From positions 4,768,001-4,832,000 of the forward strand of contig CP181291.1 in the NCBI GenBank assembly GCA_052279835.1: a stretch of DNA of 64,000 bases. Reading direction: 5' to 3'. Positions 51,368 through 62,374 of the stretch are shown here, one piece after another. The notes under the pieces are model-generated. The model had not been told where the DNA came from. It made no database searches and was given only the letters and a program-made list of their open reading frames with translations. A program made the translations under genes and the position numbers. Numbering within the stretch: position 1 is the first letter of the stretch; the number at the start of each line of letters is the position of its first letter. This DNA is from Microcoleus sp. (GTDB lineage: Bacteria; Cyanobacteriota; Cyanobacteriia; Cyanobacteriales; Microcoleaceae).

Positions 51368-52048
51368 ATGGCTAGCTGGATAATTTTAAATGGAGCATTG
51401 CTAATTTCCGCTTACTTCCTCGGTTCAATTCCGACTGGGTACGCCTTGGGTAAATGGATGCTGGGAATTGATATTCGAGAGGTTGGTTCGGGTTCGACTG
51501 GTGCGACAAATGTGCTGAGGACTTTGGGGAAGTGGCCGGGGTTGGGAGTCTTGTTGGTTGATGTGTTGAAGGGGGTAAGTGCGATCGCCCTTGTTCGTTA
51601 CATTTATGCTCTCAATTTTACCCAGCAGTTAGCCACCACCGCAGGTTTAGAAAATACTGCAACAGTCATCCCTTGGATGGTCACTTTAGCAGGCTTATTT
51701 GCTGTTTTAGGACACAGCAAATCGATTTGGCTGGGCTTTACAGGCGGTAAATCTGTGGCTACCAGTTTGGGAGTTTTATTAGGTTTATATTGGCCTGTGG
51801 GTTTGGGAACTTTGGGAGTTTTCGCCCTCGTTTTTGCAGTGTCTCGAATCGTCTCTTTGAGTTCAATTATGGGGGCAATTAGCGTGGCGGGATTGATGTT
51901 TGCTTTACATCAGCCGCTGGCTTATATATTGTTTGGAATTGCGGGTGGTGTATTTGTAATTGTGCGGCACCGGAGCAATATTCAGCGGTTGTTGAATGGT
52001 ACGGAACCTAAAATTGGGCAGAAATTGGAAACAGCAGCTAGCGATTAA
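51368..52048 (+). CDS. plsY: Glycerol-3-phosphate acyltransferase PlsY
   Basis: GSIPTG, GSGSTGATN, GGKSVAT and RHRSNIQRL motifs. Confidence 0.95.
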   Translation: MASWIILNGALLISAYFLGSIPTGYALGKWMLGIDIREVGSGSTGATNVLRTLGKWPGLGVLLVDVLKGVSAIALVRYIYALNFTQQLATTAGLENTATVIPWMVTLAGLFAVLGHSKSIWLGFTGGKSVATSLGVLLGLYWPVGLGTLGVFALVFAVSRIVSLSSIMGAISVAGLMFALHQPLAYILFGIAGGVFVIVRHRSNIQRLLNGTEPKIGQKLETAASD

Positions 52049-52256
52049 TCGGTAGTAAGCTGTTGTGCAAATAAACATTGTAGATTTTGATGACAATAAA
52101 AAATTGTCAAATTGTCTCCCCATCGGACCCTCAATTGCCATAGACAATCTATAGGAGCAACAGCTTATTGTTGTACCGCTGGTTGCAGATTACCATTTCT
52201 CTGACCAATGTTAGATTTAAGCTTTTTTCTGATGAAATTGCAGCACATCCTACAGC

Positions 52257-53054
52257 TTAGAATCCCTGAACTGAGATAATGCTGTTGAGAATGCTGTTTT
52301 GCAGTTGAGCAGGTGTTATACCCTCAACAAACCCGATGAAATCTCCTGAATTCCTGATTTTGATCGAAGTCCCTGAAGTCACAAGCGATATTGGTCTTAA
52401 TAAATCTGGACTGGCAAAAGATCCCGCAGCTTGGGGAAATTCCGCCTGTACTGTAATAGGCACATTTGTCAAGTTTTCCAACACTATATCATTCACAGTC
52501 AAACCGTCTGCTAATCCAATTTTATCGAAAGGTTGTCTGAAACCTACAATAAGATCGGCATTATTGATATCTGTAACTCCGGGTTCTGCTTGGAGGACGT
52601 ACAAATTATTGCCCCCGATTTTGAGTGAATTATTATCATCAAAAGCTGCTAAAAGGTCTCGACCCAAACCTCCCACTAAAGTGTCATTTCCGCTACCGCT
52701 AACTAAGAAATCATTGCCTTTACCGCCCAACAAAACATCGTTTCCACCGTAACCAAAAAGCACATCTCCATCTTGACCGCCGTTGATAGAGTCATTTCCC
52801 CCATCTCCAGCTATTGCGTCTTTCCCTTTTCCCCCGAATAAAGAATCGTTGCCAAAGTTCCCTCTGATAATATCTTCCCCCTCATTGCCAAATATCAAAT
52901 CGTTGTTTGTTGAGCCATCGACTGTATCGTCACCTCCCAGCAGAAAAACTCCCCCTGAAGAATTACCTAAACTTCCCACCCGTAAATCAGAGTATTCGGA
53001 CGTATTGTCGCCAAAGAAACGCGACGCTCCCGATGGGTCTGTTTGTAAAGCCAT
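52257..53054 (-). CDS. Hemolysin-type (RTX) calcium-binding protein
   Basis: Multiple GGxGxD nonapeptide repeats. Confidence 0.85.
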   Translation of the reverse strand: MALQTDPSGASRFFGDNTSEYSDLRVGSLGNSSGGVFLLGGDDTVDGSTNNDLIFGNEGEDIIRGNFGNDSLFGGKGKDAIAGDGGNDSINGGQDGDVLFGYGGNDVLLGGKGNDFLVSGSGNDTLVGGLGRDLLAAFDDNNSLKIGGNNLYVLQAEPGVTDINNADLIVGFRQPFDKIGLADGLTVNDIVLENLTNVPITVQAEFPQAAGSFASPDLLRPISLVTSGTSIKIRNSGDFIGFVEGITPAQLQNSILNSIISVQGF

Positions 53055-53127
53055 AAAATATTTGTCCCTAAAATTTCTGATGTCAACATGATTAAATAAG
53101 CCTCTTTCAAAGTCAATTCATATATTC

Positions 53128-53177
53128 ATAACTTTGAGTTCATAAAAGTCATAACTTTGAGTTCGTAAAAGTCATAT
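53128..53177. repeat. 23-bp tandem direct repeat between divergent genes
   Basis: CATAACTTTGAGTTC(A/G)TAAAAGT x2. Confidence 0.7.
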
Positions 53178-53231
53178 TTGTGGTACGATAGACTTCAAAG
53201 AGTGTGGCGAGTCGAGGGAATGGAACGATTT

Positions 53232-55598
53232 ATGTGTCTGAATTCAGGGGATATTCTGCGCGATCGCTACCGAATTATCGATGAACTAGGTGAGGGAGGA
53301 TTTGCCAGAACCTATAGGGCTGTCGATATACATGAACCCGACGAAAAGTCCCTGTGCGTCGTCAAGGAAATTAGGCAGCATCAATCTACAGATCCGCGAG
53401 CCTTGGAAAGGGCAAAACAGCTATTTGAAAGAGAAGCAACTACTCTGAAAATTTTAAGTCAGCACCCGCGCATTCCCGCGTTCATCGAGCATTTTCAAGA
53501 AAACGGGCTGTTCTACATTGTGCAAGAATATATTGACGGACATTCCTTACAAAAAGAATTTATTCCCAATCACCGCCAGACAGAAGAACAGGTAACAGAA
53601 TTATTACGAGATATCTTAGAAATTCTCAAGTTTGTCCACGAGAACAATGTCATCCACCGCGATATTACACCGTCGAATTTAATCCGGCGCAACAGCGATG
53701 AAAACATTGTTTTAATTGATTTTGGAGCCGTTAAAGAAATTGGCACGGTCGAGATAACTGCATCGGGAAGAACGAAAACCACAACCATCGGCACTCCCGG
53801 ATACAGCGCTCCCGAACAATTAAACGGTCAACCCAGATTATGCAGCGATATTTACTCGGTCGGTCTGATTGCAATTCAATTTTTGACGGGGGTGCATCCG
53901 GGAGAACTCCCGCAGGACCCAAGGACAGGTGAAATTATCTGGAATTACTCGCTTCCCAATCAACCTATGCTGCACGTTAACAAACATTTGGCAAATGTTT
54001 TGAACAAAATGGTGCGCTACCACTTTAATCATCGCTATCAATCTGTTGCTAAGGTGTTGCGGGACTTGGATGCGCCGCCTCTGCGGTGGAATTGGGTGTT
54101 GTTGGCGATCGCACCAATTGCGGTCGCAGGTACGATCGCGATCGATCGCAACAATATTTTCCCGTCAAAAACTGCTTTAGTCTTCAAAGATGGCTTAAGT
54201 GGTGGAGAAGAAATTCTGTTTACAAATTCTAGTTCTTGGCTCAAGAAAAAAGGAGTTGATGAGTTTGCAGCTTCAAATTCAAAGCAAGCTTTGAAAAACT
54301 TCAAAGAATCGTGGCAGAAAGAATACGGCAAAGATCCAGAAACTTTAGTTTACATGAACAATGCTTTTCTGGAGGCCAGCAAGATTCCTTATTACACAAT
54401 TGCTGTAGCCCTTCCCATCGGTTCGAGAAATCCAGACTCTCCTGCTCACATTGGCGATCGGGCAAAAGAAGTTCTGCGCGGAGTGGCTCAAGCGCAAACA
54501 GAAGTTAATTTAGGACTGCCAGCTTCTAGGAGCGAGCTCGAATTTCCATATCTTGGTTTTATACAAGGTAAAGCCTTTAATGGCAAAGGACTTAAAGTAA
54601 TTATTGCTGACGATGCGAACGATGAAGAAGAGGCAAAAAAAATAGCAAATTTACTGGTAAATCAACCGGAAATTTTAGCAGTTATCGGTCATACTAACAG
54701 CGAGATGACGATGGCCACAGTAGATGAGTACGATCGAAATAATTTGGTCTCTATCTCTCCTGGTGCTTCCACAGAAGAACTGACCTACGAGCCTAGAAAA
54801 TTTTTCTTTCGGACTCAATATGCGAGCAGTTTAATAGCTAAAGATTTAGCGGACTACCTGTTTGCAAAAAAACCAAAAAAAGCAACAATTATCTACAATC
54901 CGTCCAATCCATTCAGCGCATCTTTTAAGCAAGAGTTCACCAAGTATTTTGGAGGCAGTAAAGGTGGAAAAATAGTCCGAATTCGCGATTTTGATTTATC
55001 TAAAAAAGACTTCAACGCCCAAAGAGCAATAAAGGAGATCGAGGGAAAGGGAGAAACTGCGATCGCGTTAGTTCCCGACGCTCAAGTTACGACATCTCTA
55101 AACAACGCTGTTGAAATAGTAAAACTTAACGCCGATCGTGATTGGATTGTCGGGGCATGGACGCTGATGAGGTCAGAAACTTTAGAACTTGCATCACGGC
55201 AACCGAAAAAGTCGTTTAAAAAAATCATCTTATCTGTCGGCTGGCATCCTTTAAACAGTCCCAACAAAGCATTTCCCCAACAGGCTCGCTCGCTGTGGGG
55301 AGGAGAGGTAAATACCCGTACAGCTTCGGCTTACGATGCAGCCCGCGCAATTATAAAAGCCTTGGAAATGCAGCCCAAACCCAGCCGCGAAGGAATGCAA
55401 CAAATGCTTTCATATCCTGATTTTAGGGCAGAGGGAGCAACAGGAACCATTCAGTTTAACTCGCCGACAAATGGCGATCGCAAAAATCCTCCCAGCGATT
55501 TAGTACATATTGTAGAGTGTTCAAAAGAACAGTTCGGTCTCGCTTTTGTTCCCGTCAAGTATGCGACAGCGGCAGCGGCAGGTTTGCAGTGCGATTGA
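53232..55598 (+). CDS. Ser/Thr kinase fused via a TM helix to a periplasmic LivJ-type binding domain
   Basis: GEGGFART, HRDITPSN, DFG and GTPGY kinase motifs. C-terminal GVAQAQ, AVIGH and AYDA motifs. Confidence 0.9.
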   Translation: MCLNSGDILRDRYRIIDELGEGGFARTYRAVDIHEPDEKSLCVVKEIRQHQSTDPRALERAKQLFEREATTLKILSQHPRIPAFIEHFQENGLFYIVQEYIDGHSLQKEFIPNHRQTEEQVTELLRDILEILKFVHENNVIHRDITPSNLIRRNSDENIVLIDFGAVKEIGTVEITASGRTKTTTIGTPGYSAPEQLNGQPRLCSDIYSVGLIAIQFLTGVHPGELPQDPRTGEIIWNYSLPNQPMLHVNKHLANVLNKMVRYHFNHRYQSVAKVLRDLDAPPLRWNWVLLAIAPIAVAGTIAIDRNNIFPSKTALVFKDGLSGGEEILFTNSSSWLKKKGVDEFAASNSKQALKNFKESWQKEYGKDPETLVYMNNAFLEASKIPYYTIAVALPIGSRNPDSPAHIGDRAKEVLRGVAQAQTEVNLGLPASRSELEFPYLGFIQGKAFNGKGLKVIIADDANDEEEAKKIANLLVNQPEILAVIGHTNSEMTMATVDEYDRNNLVSISPGASTEELTYEPRKFFFRTQYASSLIAKDLADYLFAKKPKKATIIYNPSNPFSASFKQEFTKYFGGSKGGKIVRIRDFDLSKKDFNAQRAIKEIEGKGETAIALVPDAQVTTSLNNAVEIVKLNADRDWIVGAWTLMRSETLELASRQPKKSFKKIILSVGWHPLNSPNKAFPQQARSLWGGEVNTRTASAYDAARAIIKALEMQPKPSREGMQQMLSYPDFRAEGATGTIQFNSPTNGDRKNPPSDLVHIVECSKEQFGLAFVPVKYATAAAAGLQCD

Positions 55599-55808
55599 AG
55601 TCGTTATCGCACTTAATAAAATCCCCAAAATTTTGCCAATATCTCTCAGGTAATATTCGATCGCATCAATAGACACAATAGGATTTCGCTAGATTCTACT
55701 TCTGATATATGGGCAAATAAATCTTGATTTTCCTGGAGAGTTAAGTCGAATTGCTTGACAAGTTCCTTTAGCTTGAATTCGTTGTAAGCCATTTTAAATT
55801 CTGTGTGG

Positions 55809-56648
55809 TTATTTTCCCAATTCTTGAGAACGCAAACAAGCTGCTTTCACTGCTTCGATCAGCGCGGAACGAAAGCCATTACTTTCGAGTTTAGCAATGC
55901 CGGCGATCGTTGTGCCACCGGGACTTGTGACTCTATCTTTCAATTCTGCTGGGTGCATTCCCGTTTCTTGTAATAGTTTCGCCGTACCGAATACTGTTTG
56001 TAGGGCTAATTGGGAGGCGATCGCCCGTGGCAGACCAGCACACACACCGCCATCTGTCAAGGCTTCGATCAAAATCGCCACATAACCTGGCCCTGAGCCC
56101 GAAAGTCCTGTAACCGCATCCAGCATATTTTCAGGGACTTCCACCACTTCTCCCACCGCCATAAAAATCCGCTTTACTAATTCTAAATCCGCCGGTTGCA
56201 CAAGTTTTCCAGGGGCGATCGCACTCATGCCCGCCCCCACCGTCGCCGGAGTATTGGGCATCACCCGCAGCACTCCCCGCCCTGGGAATGCCGGTTCGAG
56301 CTTGCTCAATGGTACTCCCGCCAAAATCGACACTACTAACGCTTCTGACTTAGTATTAGCAGTCTCTCCATTATTTCCCTGTTTGCGATCGTCCGCCACA
56401 GCCAATTCCAAAGCAACCGTCTCAAAAACTTGTGGTTTAATCGCCAAAAACAGCACTTCTGTAGCAGCAGCCACCTCTAGATTGCTGGCTGTTGTCCCAA
56501 TCCCGTATTTCTGAGTCAAAAACTGGCGGCGTTGGAGTTGTGGCTCGCTCACCAATATTTCCGAAGGCAAATAAACTTTTTGTGCAATTAAGCGGGATAA
56601 GAGAGCTTCTCCCATGACTCCACCGCCGATCGTACCAAATTTTATCAT
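55809..56648 (-). CDS. proC: Pyrroline-5-carboxylate reductase
   Basis: IGGGVMG, RVMPNTP, SGSGP and VTSPGGTT motifs. Confidence 0.96.
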   Translation of the reverse strand: MIKFGTIGGGVMGEALLSRLIAQKVYLPSEILVSEPQLQRRQFLTQKYGIGTTASNLEVAAATEVLFLAIKPQVFETVALELAVADDRKQGNNGETANTKSEALVVSILAGVPLSKLEPAFPGRGVLRVMPNTPATVGAGMSAIAPGKLVQPADLELVKRIFMAVGEVVEVPENMLDAVTGLSGSGPGYVAILIEALTDGGVCAGLPRAIASQLALQTVFGTAKLLQETGMHPAELKDRVTSPGGTTIAGIAKLESNGFRSALIEAVKAACLRSQELGK

Positions 56649-56735
56649 AATTATTTGTTATTTGTTGTTGGTTATTTGTTATTTGTTATTTGTTATTTGT
56701 TGTTTGTTTTAGATTTTTACTACTGATTGGTTGTT

Positions 56736-56839
56736 ATATCAATTCCGGTTGTATCGGAATGATTAAACCACAGAGAACACAGAGGACACAGAGAAAGAGA
56801 AGAGAGAAATCATAATTCCGATGTCAACGGATTTGATAT
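56736..56839. repeat. Dispersed MITE-like repeat (copy 2) with imperfect terminal inverted repeats
   Basis: ATATCAATTCCGGTTG...CAACGGATTTGATAT. Confidence 0.7.
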
Positions 56840-56938
56840 TACTCATGTTATTTGTCTCCCGCTTTGATGCCGGAGTCAGTAGTTATTAGTTAATAACTAC
56901 TAACTACTGACTACTAACTACTGACCACTGACTGATGA

Positions 56939-57556
56939 CTACTGAGCCATTTGAGCTTGTTCTGCTGGCCAGACTGTCGGTGCCGGAGCCGCCGTGCGGG
57001 GCCGTCCTTGAGCTGGAGGTACTTCGTGAACTACACCAGATTGAGTTCTTACCTGAACGCAGCTTGGTGTAAACAAGAAAATACTTTCGCCAATGCGTTC
57101 TTGATGACCGTCAAGGGCGTAAGTACCACCAGCTACAAAGTCTACAGCTCTTTGTGCTTGGTCTGGGTCCATAATGGTCAGATTCAAGACCACAGATTTC
57201 CGTTCCTTAAGCGCTCGAATTGCGGCCGGCATCTCTTCAAAAGTGCGCGGCTCCATAACTACCACTTCCGAAACTCCGTTCATAGCTCCAGGCATTCCAA
57301 TCACGTTATTCATTACTGACCCTACTCCCCCGGTTGGTGTAACAACATCTGTATTTGTCGGTCCTACTACTGCTCTCTCCCGCATTCTGCGATTTTGGCG
57401 ACGTTCTTCTTCAGCCGCCACTGCTGCTGCGGGATTCGGTTCAGGAGGTTGATAGGCGTTCTGATAGCGCGCCTCCTCCAATTCATCGTACTCGCCATCG
57501 TACTCTTCTTCGTTGTTAAAGCCCACAAAATCTTTTAACTTGGAAAAAATGCTCAT
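56939..57556 (-). CDS. sepF: Cell division protein SepF
   Basis: EPRTFEE, VVLNL and [14 protein letters not shown] motifs. Confidence 0.95.
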   Translation of the reverse strand: MSIFSKLKDFVGFNNEEEYDGEYDELEEARYQNAYQPPEPNPAAAVAAEEERRQNRRMRERAVVGPTNTDVVTPTGGVGSVMNNVIGMPGAMNGVSEVVVMEPRTFEEMPAAIRALKERKSVVLNLTIMDPDQAQRAVDFVAGGTYALDGHQERIGESIFLFTPSCVQVRTQSGVVHEVPPAQGRPRTAAPAPTVWPAEQAQMAQ

Positions 57557-57654
57557 GATTTATTCTCCATAACGACTTTGCAGCCCCCACTATACTCGCC
57601 TTGCGCGTAAGTCACGGGTTGCTGACTAATTGATATTTAACCGATACTTTTTTG

Positions 57655-57952
57655 CTAACATTTGAAGTTAAGATCAGAGCTGATATCTTTGATGATTTCT
57701 GCCTCTGGATCTGGCTGCTACATGAATTCTACCAATCTGGCGAGTTGATTTCGCTGTTTTGGTGAACTAAGTAGGCATTAGCAGACAAGGCTAACTCCAA
57801 TGGCACGGCGCTGGTAGGAATGTACATCGTAGAGCCTTTGCTTAGCCTCGTTGTTGATGCTTTTAATTTTCCCGACCTTGGCGTATCTTCTTAGTGTTTG
57901 AGGATGCAAGCCCAGAAATTCGACCGATGATTCTGAGTGGTACCTATGCCAT
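57655..57952 (-). pseudogene. Degenerate IS607 TnpA N-terminal fragment
   Basis: Reads EFLGLHPQTLRRYA (MerR-like HTH), LVC*CLLSSPKQR and EIIKDISSDLNFK, with stop codons. Confidence 0.75.
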
Positions 57953-57979
57953 GAGTCGAATGTTAGCATATATGCGATG

Positions 57980-58645
57980 TCATCCTCTCCTAGAACCAAA
58001 TAAGGTTTGTCCTAGCCGTATCATAGTAGCACCGGCTTGAATAGCCAAGTGATAATCTCCTGACATTCCCATCGAGAGTTGCTCCATCTGAATATGGGGC
58101 AAATTTTGCTGCTGGATTTGGTCAGCCAGTTCGCGGGTAGTGTTAAAAAATTCTAGGATTTGTGAGTCATCTAATCCGAGGGGAGGTATTGTCATCAAAC
58201 CTTTAATTTTGAGGTGCTGACATCTGTTGAGTTCGGGAAGGTCTGCCAGTAGTTCGGGGATAGTCCAGCCGTATTTGTCTGGATCGGGCAAAATTTTAAC
58301 TTGCAAGCAAACTTGGGGAGAGCAGGATAGTTCCCCGGCTAGTCGATCGAGTCTAGTCGCAAGTTTTAAGTTGTCGAGAGAGTGAATCCACTGGAATTGC
58401 TCTAAAGCTTTGGCAGCTTTGTTTGCCTGCAAGTGGCCGATCAAGTGCCAATTGATACCGGGTAAATCTTGGAGTTGACTTTGTTTTTCGGCGGTCTCTT
58501 GAACCTTACTCTCCCCAAAGTCCCGAATTCCGGCATCGTAGGCTTCCCGAATCGCATCAGTAGATACTTGTTTGGTAACGGCAATTAACCTTACTGAGTC
58601 AGGCAATTGTTGGCGAATGGTAGCAATCCGAGAGGCAATAGTCAT
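57980..58645 (-). CDS. pipY: PLP-binding protein YggS/PipY
   Basis: LIAVTK, WHLIGHLQ.NK and LSMGMSGD motifs; lies downstream of pipX. Confidence 0.93.
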   Translation of the reverse strand: MTIASRIATIRQQLPDSVRLIAVTKQVSTDAIREAYDAGIRDFGESKVQETAEKQSQLQDLPGINWHLIGHLQANKAAKALEQFQWIHSLDNLKLATRLDRLAGELSCSPQVCLQVKILPDPDKYGWTIPELLADLPELNRCQHLKIKGLMTIPPLGLDDSQILEFFNTTRELADQIQQQNLPHIQMEQLSMGMSGDYHLAIQAGATMIRLGQTLFGSRRG

Positions 58646-58675
58646 AAAAAAAACCGATCGGCAATTACCAATTTG

Positions 58676-58945
58676 TTATTGAAAAGTTCGCTTGTGAACA
58701 ATCTGCAATTGGTCGTACTCCTTATATTGACCGCTGCGGCGGAGAGTGCGGAGGCGAATTTCGACCATTAGGCGAGCATCGGAACGACTGATGGGTTCAA
58801 ATCTCAAACCGCCAGGGCCGTTTGTTACTAAAAAAAACAGGCGTTGGGCGTATAGAGTCGTAAATAATTCTTGGCTGTCTTCAACCTGAGACACCCTGAA
58901 TAGAAGGCCAAAATTGGGATGATTAAGGTAGGTTTCGGTAGTCAT
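58676..58945 (-). CDS. pipX: PII-interacting protein X
   Basis: ETYLNHP.FGLL...FTTLYAQRLFFLV signature. Confidence 0.95.
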   Translation of the reverse strand: MTTETYLNHPNFGLLFRVSQVEDSQELFTTLYAQRLFFLVTNGPGGLRFEPISRSDARLMVEIRLRTLRRSGQYKEYDQLQIVHKRTFQ

Positions 58946-59226
58946 TAAAAGCTCACAATCGGACAATTTTAGATTTTAGATTTTAGATTTTAGATTTGAG
59001 TTTCGCTCTCAGGTGGGACGGAGGTGGTTGAATGCGGGCTGCAAAGGGCGATCGCGGTGGGCCTACAGTAGTCTCCGTGGTGGCTGAGGCAAATTACCAC
59101 TGGCAATTTCTCCAAGTAGAGGCTAGTGTTGAGGCTGTTTCGTGCAGTCGCACCTTTGGGGCTCCACTGTCCGATCGTTCAACTTCGACATCTGTATAGC
59201 GCAGTCCACGCCATCCCGTGCCTAGG

Positions 59227-59368
59227 CAGGGCGGTTTCATTCTCCAAAAAACGAGGGCTTTGTAGGGGTAGTGCCCCCGTGCCTACCCCCCCACAGACCA
59301 TTTTCAGTCATTTCAGGCATTGGGGCAACCACGGGGGGATTGCCCCTACAAAGAATGAAACAGCCCTG
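59227..59368. mobile_element. 142-bp MITE (ISAs1-type ends) with 10-bp target duplication
   Basis: TIRs are CAGGGC(G/T)GTTTCATTCT. CGTGCCTAGG is duplicated at 59217-59226 and 59369-59378. Confidence 0.88.
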
Positions 59369-59603
59369 CGTGCCTAGGGCCTTGACAACGGCTTCTTTTG
59401 CTGGCCCGCGCTCTGCTAGTTGGTTCTACGAAACTCGATTCATTTTACCTTTAATGCTGCTCTGTTGAGAATTTAGTTGCGCACAATCTTTTTGTGCGGC
59501 GGGCGTGTAAATTTTTTCCACAAAGCGATCGCCCCATCCCTGGCTTTGTGGCTTGAATGCGTGGAACGTCTACTATAATCTGTCCCTAGATAGATGTTAA
59601 ATT

Positions 59604-60599
59604 TTAACTGTCCCAACCCCAAACTAAGCGGGCACTCCAGAGGACTATTAAGCAGGCGATCGCGATCCAGTCTCGGATTTTTAAGTGCAACTGATGCCAT
59701 GCTACCCGATGTCGATCGGGACTGGTGAAGCCACGAACTTGCATGGCGCTAGCAATTTGTTCTGCTCGCAAAAGCAAGTTTTCTAACAATCGTTCAGCGA
59801 TCATCAACCATACTTGAGCAGCGCGTCTCAATCCTAGTTTTTTCCAGTTTATGGCTCTGGTTCGGACCGATCGCACTAAATTTTGAATTTCTTCCAATAC
59901 TAGGGGAATGAAGCGCAAAGATAAAGTTAAGGTTAAAGCTATTTCTGTCACCGGCCACTTCAAGCGGCGCAGGGGCTGCATTAAGTTTTCGATCGCAGTG
60001 GTAATTTCTTCGCTGGCTGTGGTAAGGAGATAGAGGTTGGTGCTGTAAATTACTGTAAAAAATAAGGTGCTAACGTTGATAGCTAAATCTAGGGATTTGC
60101 GGGTGATTTTGATCGGGCCTTGCTTAAGTAAAACGTAGTTATAATTTGTGGGTTGAGGGAGAGATTTTTGGGTTGGGGATTTGGGCTTTTGGTTGGTAGA
60201 TTTTGAGTCTAAATTAAAAGGTTCGTACCAGGGTTTTGGTTTAGTGGGTTCGGGGAGGGTTTTCGGCTGCTGGGAAAAGGCTAATTCGTCGGCGGGGAGA
60301 CGGGGCTGGTGTTCTGATGGGAGTGCATCTGGGGCGATCGTACTCAGGCCAAATACTAACAAGCAGAATAGCAACAACATTCCCATTTGCTGTTTCCACA
60401 CGCGGAGGGGAATTGCTGCACTTAGTGTCAGGATGATTAACATTCCGACTAGCATCAATCGCCAGATTGGATTGGCGAGTATGGGCGCAATCAGGAATGT
60501 CATCAACCAGGCTAATTTGACTCGCGGGTCGAGGCGGTGGAGCCAAGTTATGGGTTGTTCCAGGTATAGTCCAATGGGAAGCGATCTCAATAAATCCAT
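59604..60599 (-). CDS. Energy-coupling factor transporter T component (CbiQ/EcfT family)
   Basis: LHRLDPRVKL, LSLRFIP and AMQVRGF motifs. Confidence 0.9.
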   Translation of the reverse strand: MDLLRSLPIGLYLEQPITWLHRLDPRVKLAWLMTFLIAPILANPIWRLMLVGMLIILTLSAAIPLRVWKQQMGMLLLFCLLVFGLSTIAPDALPSEHQPRLPADELAFSQQPKTLPEPTKPKPWYEPFNLDSKSTNQKPKSPTQKSLPQPTNYNYVLLKQGPIKITRKSLDLAINVSTLFFTVIYSTNLYLLTTASEEITTAIENLMQPLRRLKWPVTEIALTLTLSLRFIPLVLEEIQNLVRSVRTRAINWKKLGLRRAAQVWLMIAERLLENLLLRAEQIASAMQVRGFTSPDRHRVAWHQLHLKIRDWIAIACLIVLWSARLVWGWDS

Positions 60600-60683
60600 C
60601 TTGTGTTTGTTAGATGTTAGATTTTTTAATTAATTTCAATTTATTTATTGGTGATTGATTGAAGGTTGATTAATTTATTTTTT

Positions 60684-60804
60684 GTGCAGCATCCCGATTT
60701 TGCCTAGGCGAAGCATGACCGCAGATATTTTATTAGTTATAACCACAGATTTACTGCGGTCATGCTTCGCCCCTACGAATATATTTGCCAAACTGAGATG
60801 CACC
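60684..60804. repeat. REP/MITE-like palindromic repeat
   Basis: GGCGAAGCATGACCGCAG...CTGCGGTCATGCTTCGCCCCTAC stem within imperfect inverted ends. Confidence 0.65.
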
Positions 60805-60937
60805 CATTTTTTTTAACTTTTGTTCTTTAATAAAAGCTTTGAATTTTAGATTAAGTTTTTTGCTGTAAATCGTAATTAATTATATCATCAAACAGCTTTT
60901 TTTTCAATCTAAAATCCAAAATCAACACTATCAAGAA

Positions 60938-62302
60938 TTACTTGACGCGCAGTGCTCTGTTTGTGCTGCTTTGTTCTGATTCACGAACTTTTTTGCCTCT
61001 CCAAAGTAAGCGCATGGGGGTTCCTGTAAAGCCTAGGTGTTTGCGAAATTGGCTTTCCATGTAGCGGCGATAGTTTTCGGTGAAGCGTTTGGTGTCGTTG
61101 ACAAAGAGGGCGATGGTTGGTGGTTGCGATCGCACTTGAGTGCCGTAATAGATTTTGCCTTGTTTTCCTTGGCGTGTCACTGGGGCGGAGTGCCAGCTTG
61201 TGGCTTCTTCTATGACTTCATTAATGACGGCGGTGGTGACGCGGCGTTTGTGTTCGCTGGATGCTTTATCTACTAATTCAATGGTTTTTTCTACTCGCTG
61301 TCCTGTCATGGCGCTAACAAAAATCATTTCTGCCCAATCCAGGAAATAAAGTCGAGCTCTGACTTCTTTTTCGTACTCGTAGATGGTATCGGATTCTTTG
61401 TCTTCTACGGCGTCCCATTTGTTGACGACGATGATGCAGGCTCTACCTTCTTGGCTGATGCGATCGGCTAATTTTTGGTCTTGATCGGTAACGCCATCAA
61501 TGGCATCTATTACTAGCAGTACGACATCAGCGCGACGGATGGCTTTGAAGGCGCGGTTGATCCCGAAGAATTCTGCACCGTATTCGACATTTTTCTTTTT
61601 GCGAATGCCGGCGGTGTCGATTAAACGGTAGGTGTTATCGCCACGCTTGACGATGGTGTCGATCGCATCGCGAGTTGTCCCGGAAATTGGGCTGACTATG
61701 GCGCGGTTTTCTCCCAGAAATGCGTTTAACAAACTGGATTTGCCGACGTTTGGCCTGCCAATAATTGCCACTTTAGTTTCTTCTACTTCCGGTAATACTT
61801 CTGTGGGAAGATAAGTAATTAATTGGTCGAGCAATTCGCCGGTGCCGTTGCCGTGGATGCCGGAAATTGGGTAAGGTTCTCCTAATCCTAATTGCCAAAA
61901 ATCTGCTGCTTGGGTGAGTCCGGTAGTTTCCGATTCGCATTTGTTGACGGCTAGAATGACGGGGACTTTTTGCAGTCTCAGCCAAGAGGCGATGGCTTCG
62001 TCGCCCCCAGTCAGTCCCACTTTTCCGTCCACTACGAAAATTGCTGCACTGGCTTCTGCGAGGGCGGCCATGGCTTGTTCGCGAATCATGGGCAGAAATT
62101 CGGTTTCGTCGTCGAATACTAGCCCGCCGGTGTCTACTACTTGATATTCGCGATCGCCCCAGTATGCTGGTCTGTAAGTGCGATCGCGCGTAATTCCCGG
62201 TTCGTCGTGGACGATGGCGTCTTGGCTGTTGGCTAGGCGATTGACAATGGTCGATTTGCCGACATTGGGGCGTCCAATAATAGCAACTATAGGTAGAGGC
62301 AT
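60938..62302 (-). CDS. der: Ribosome biogenesis GTPase Der (EngA)
   Basis: Two GRPNVGKS G-domains, DTGG/DTAG motifs and a KH-like C-terminus. Confidence 0.97.
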   Translation of the reverse strand: MPLPIVAIIGRPNVGKSTIVNRLANSQDAIVHDEPGITRDRTYRPAYWGDREYQVVDTGGLVFDDETEFLPMIREQAMAALAEASAAIFVVDGKVGLTGGDEAIASWLRLQKVPVILAVNKCESETTGLTQAADFWQLGLGEPYPISGIHGNGTGELLDQLITYLPTEVLPEVEETKVAIIGRPNVGKSSLLNAFLGENRAIVSPISGTTRDAIDTIVKRGDNTYRLIDTAGIRKKKNVEYGAEFFGINRAFKAIRRADVVLLVIDAIDGVTDQDQKLADRISQEGRACIIVVNKWDAVEDKESDTIYEYEKEVRARLYFLDWAEMIFVSAMTGQRVEKTIELVDKASSEHKRRVTTAVINEVIEEATSWHSAPVTRQGKQGKIYYGTQVRSQPPTIALFVNDTKRFTENYRRYMESQFRKHLGFTGTPMRLLWRGKKVRESEQSSTNRALRVK

Positions 62303-62374
62303 AAAGGTGGCAGCAATCAGGCTGCTTTGTAATTTTGATGTTTGACCTTTTATTATAGGCTGAATGTGACTGAG

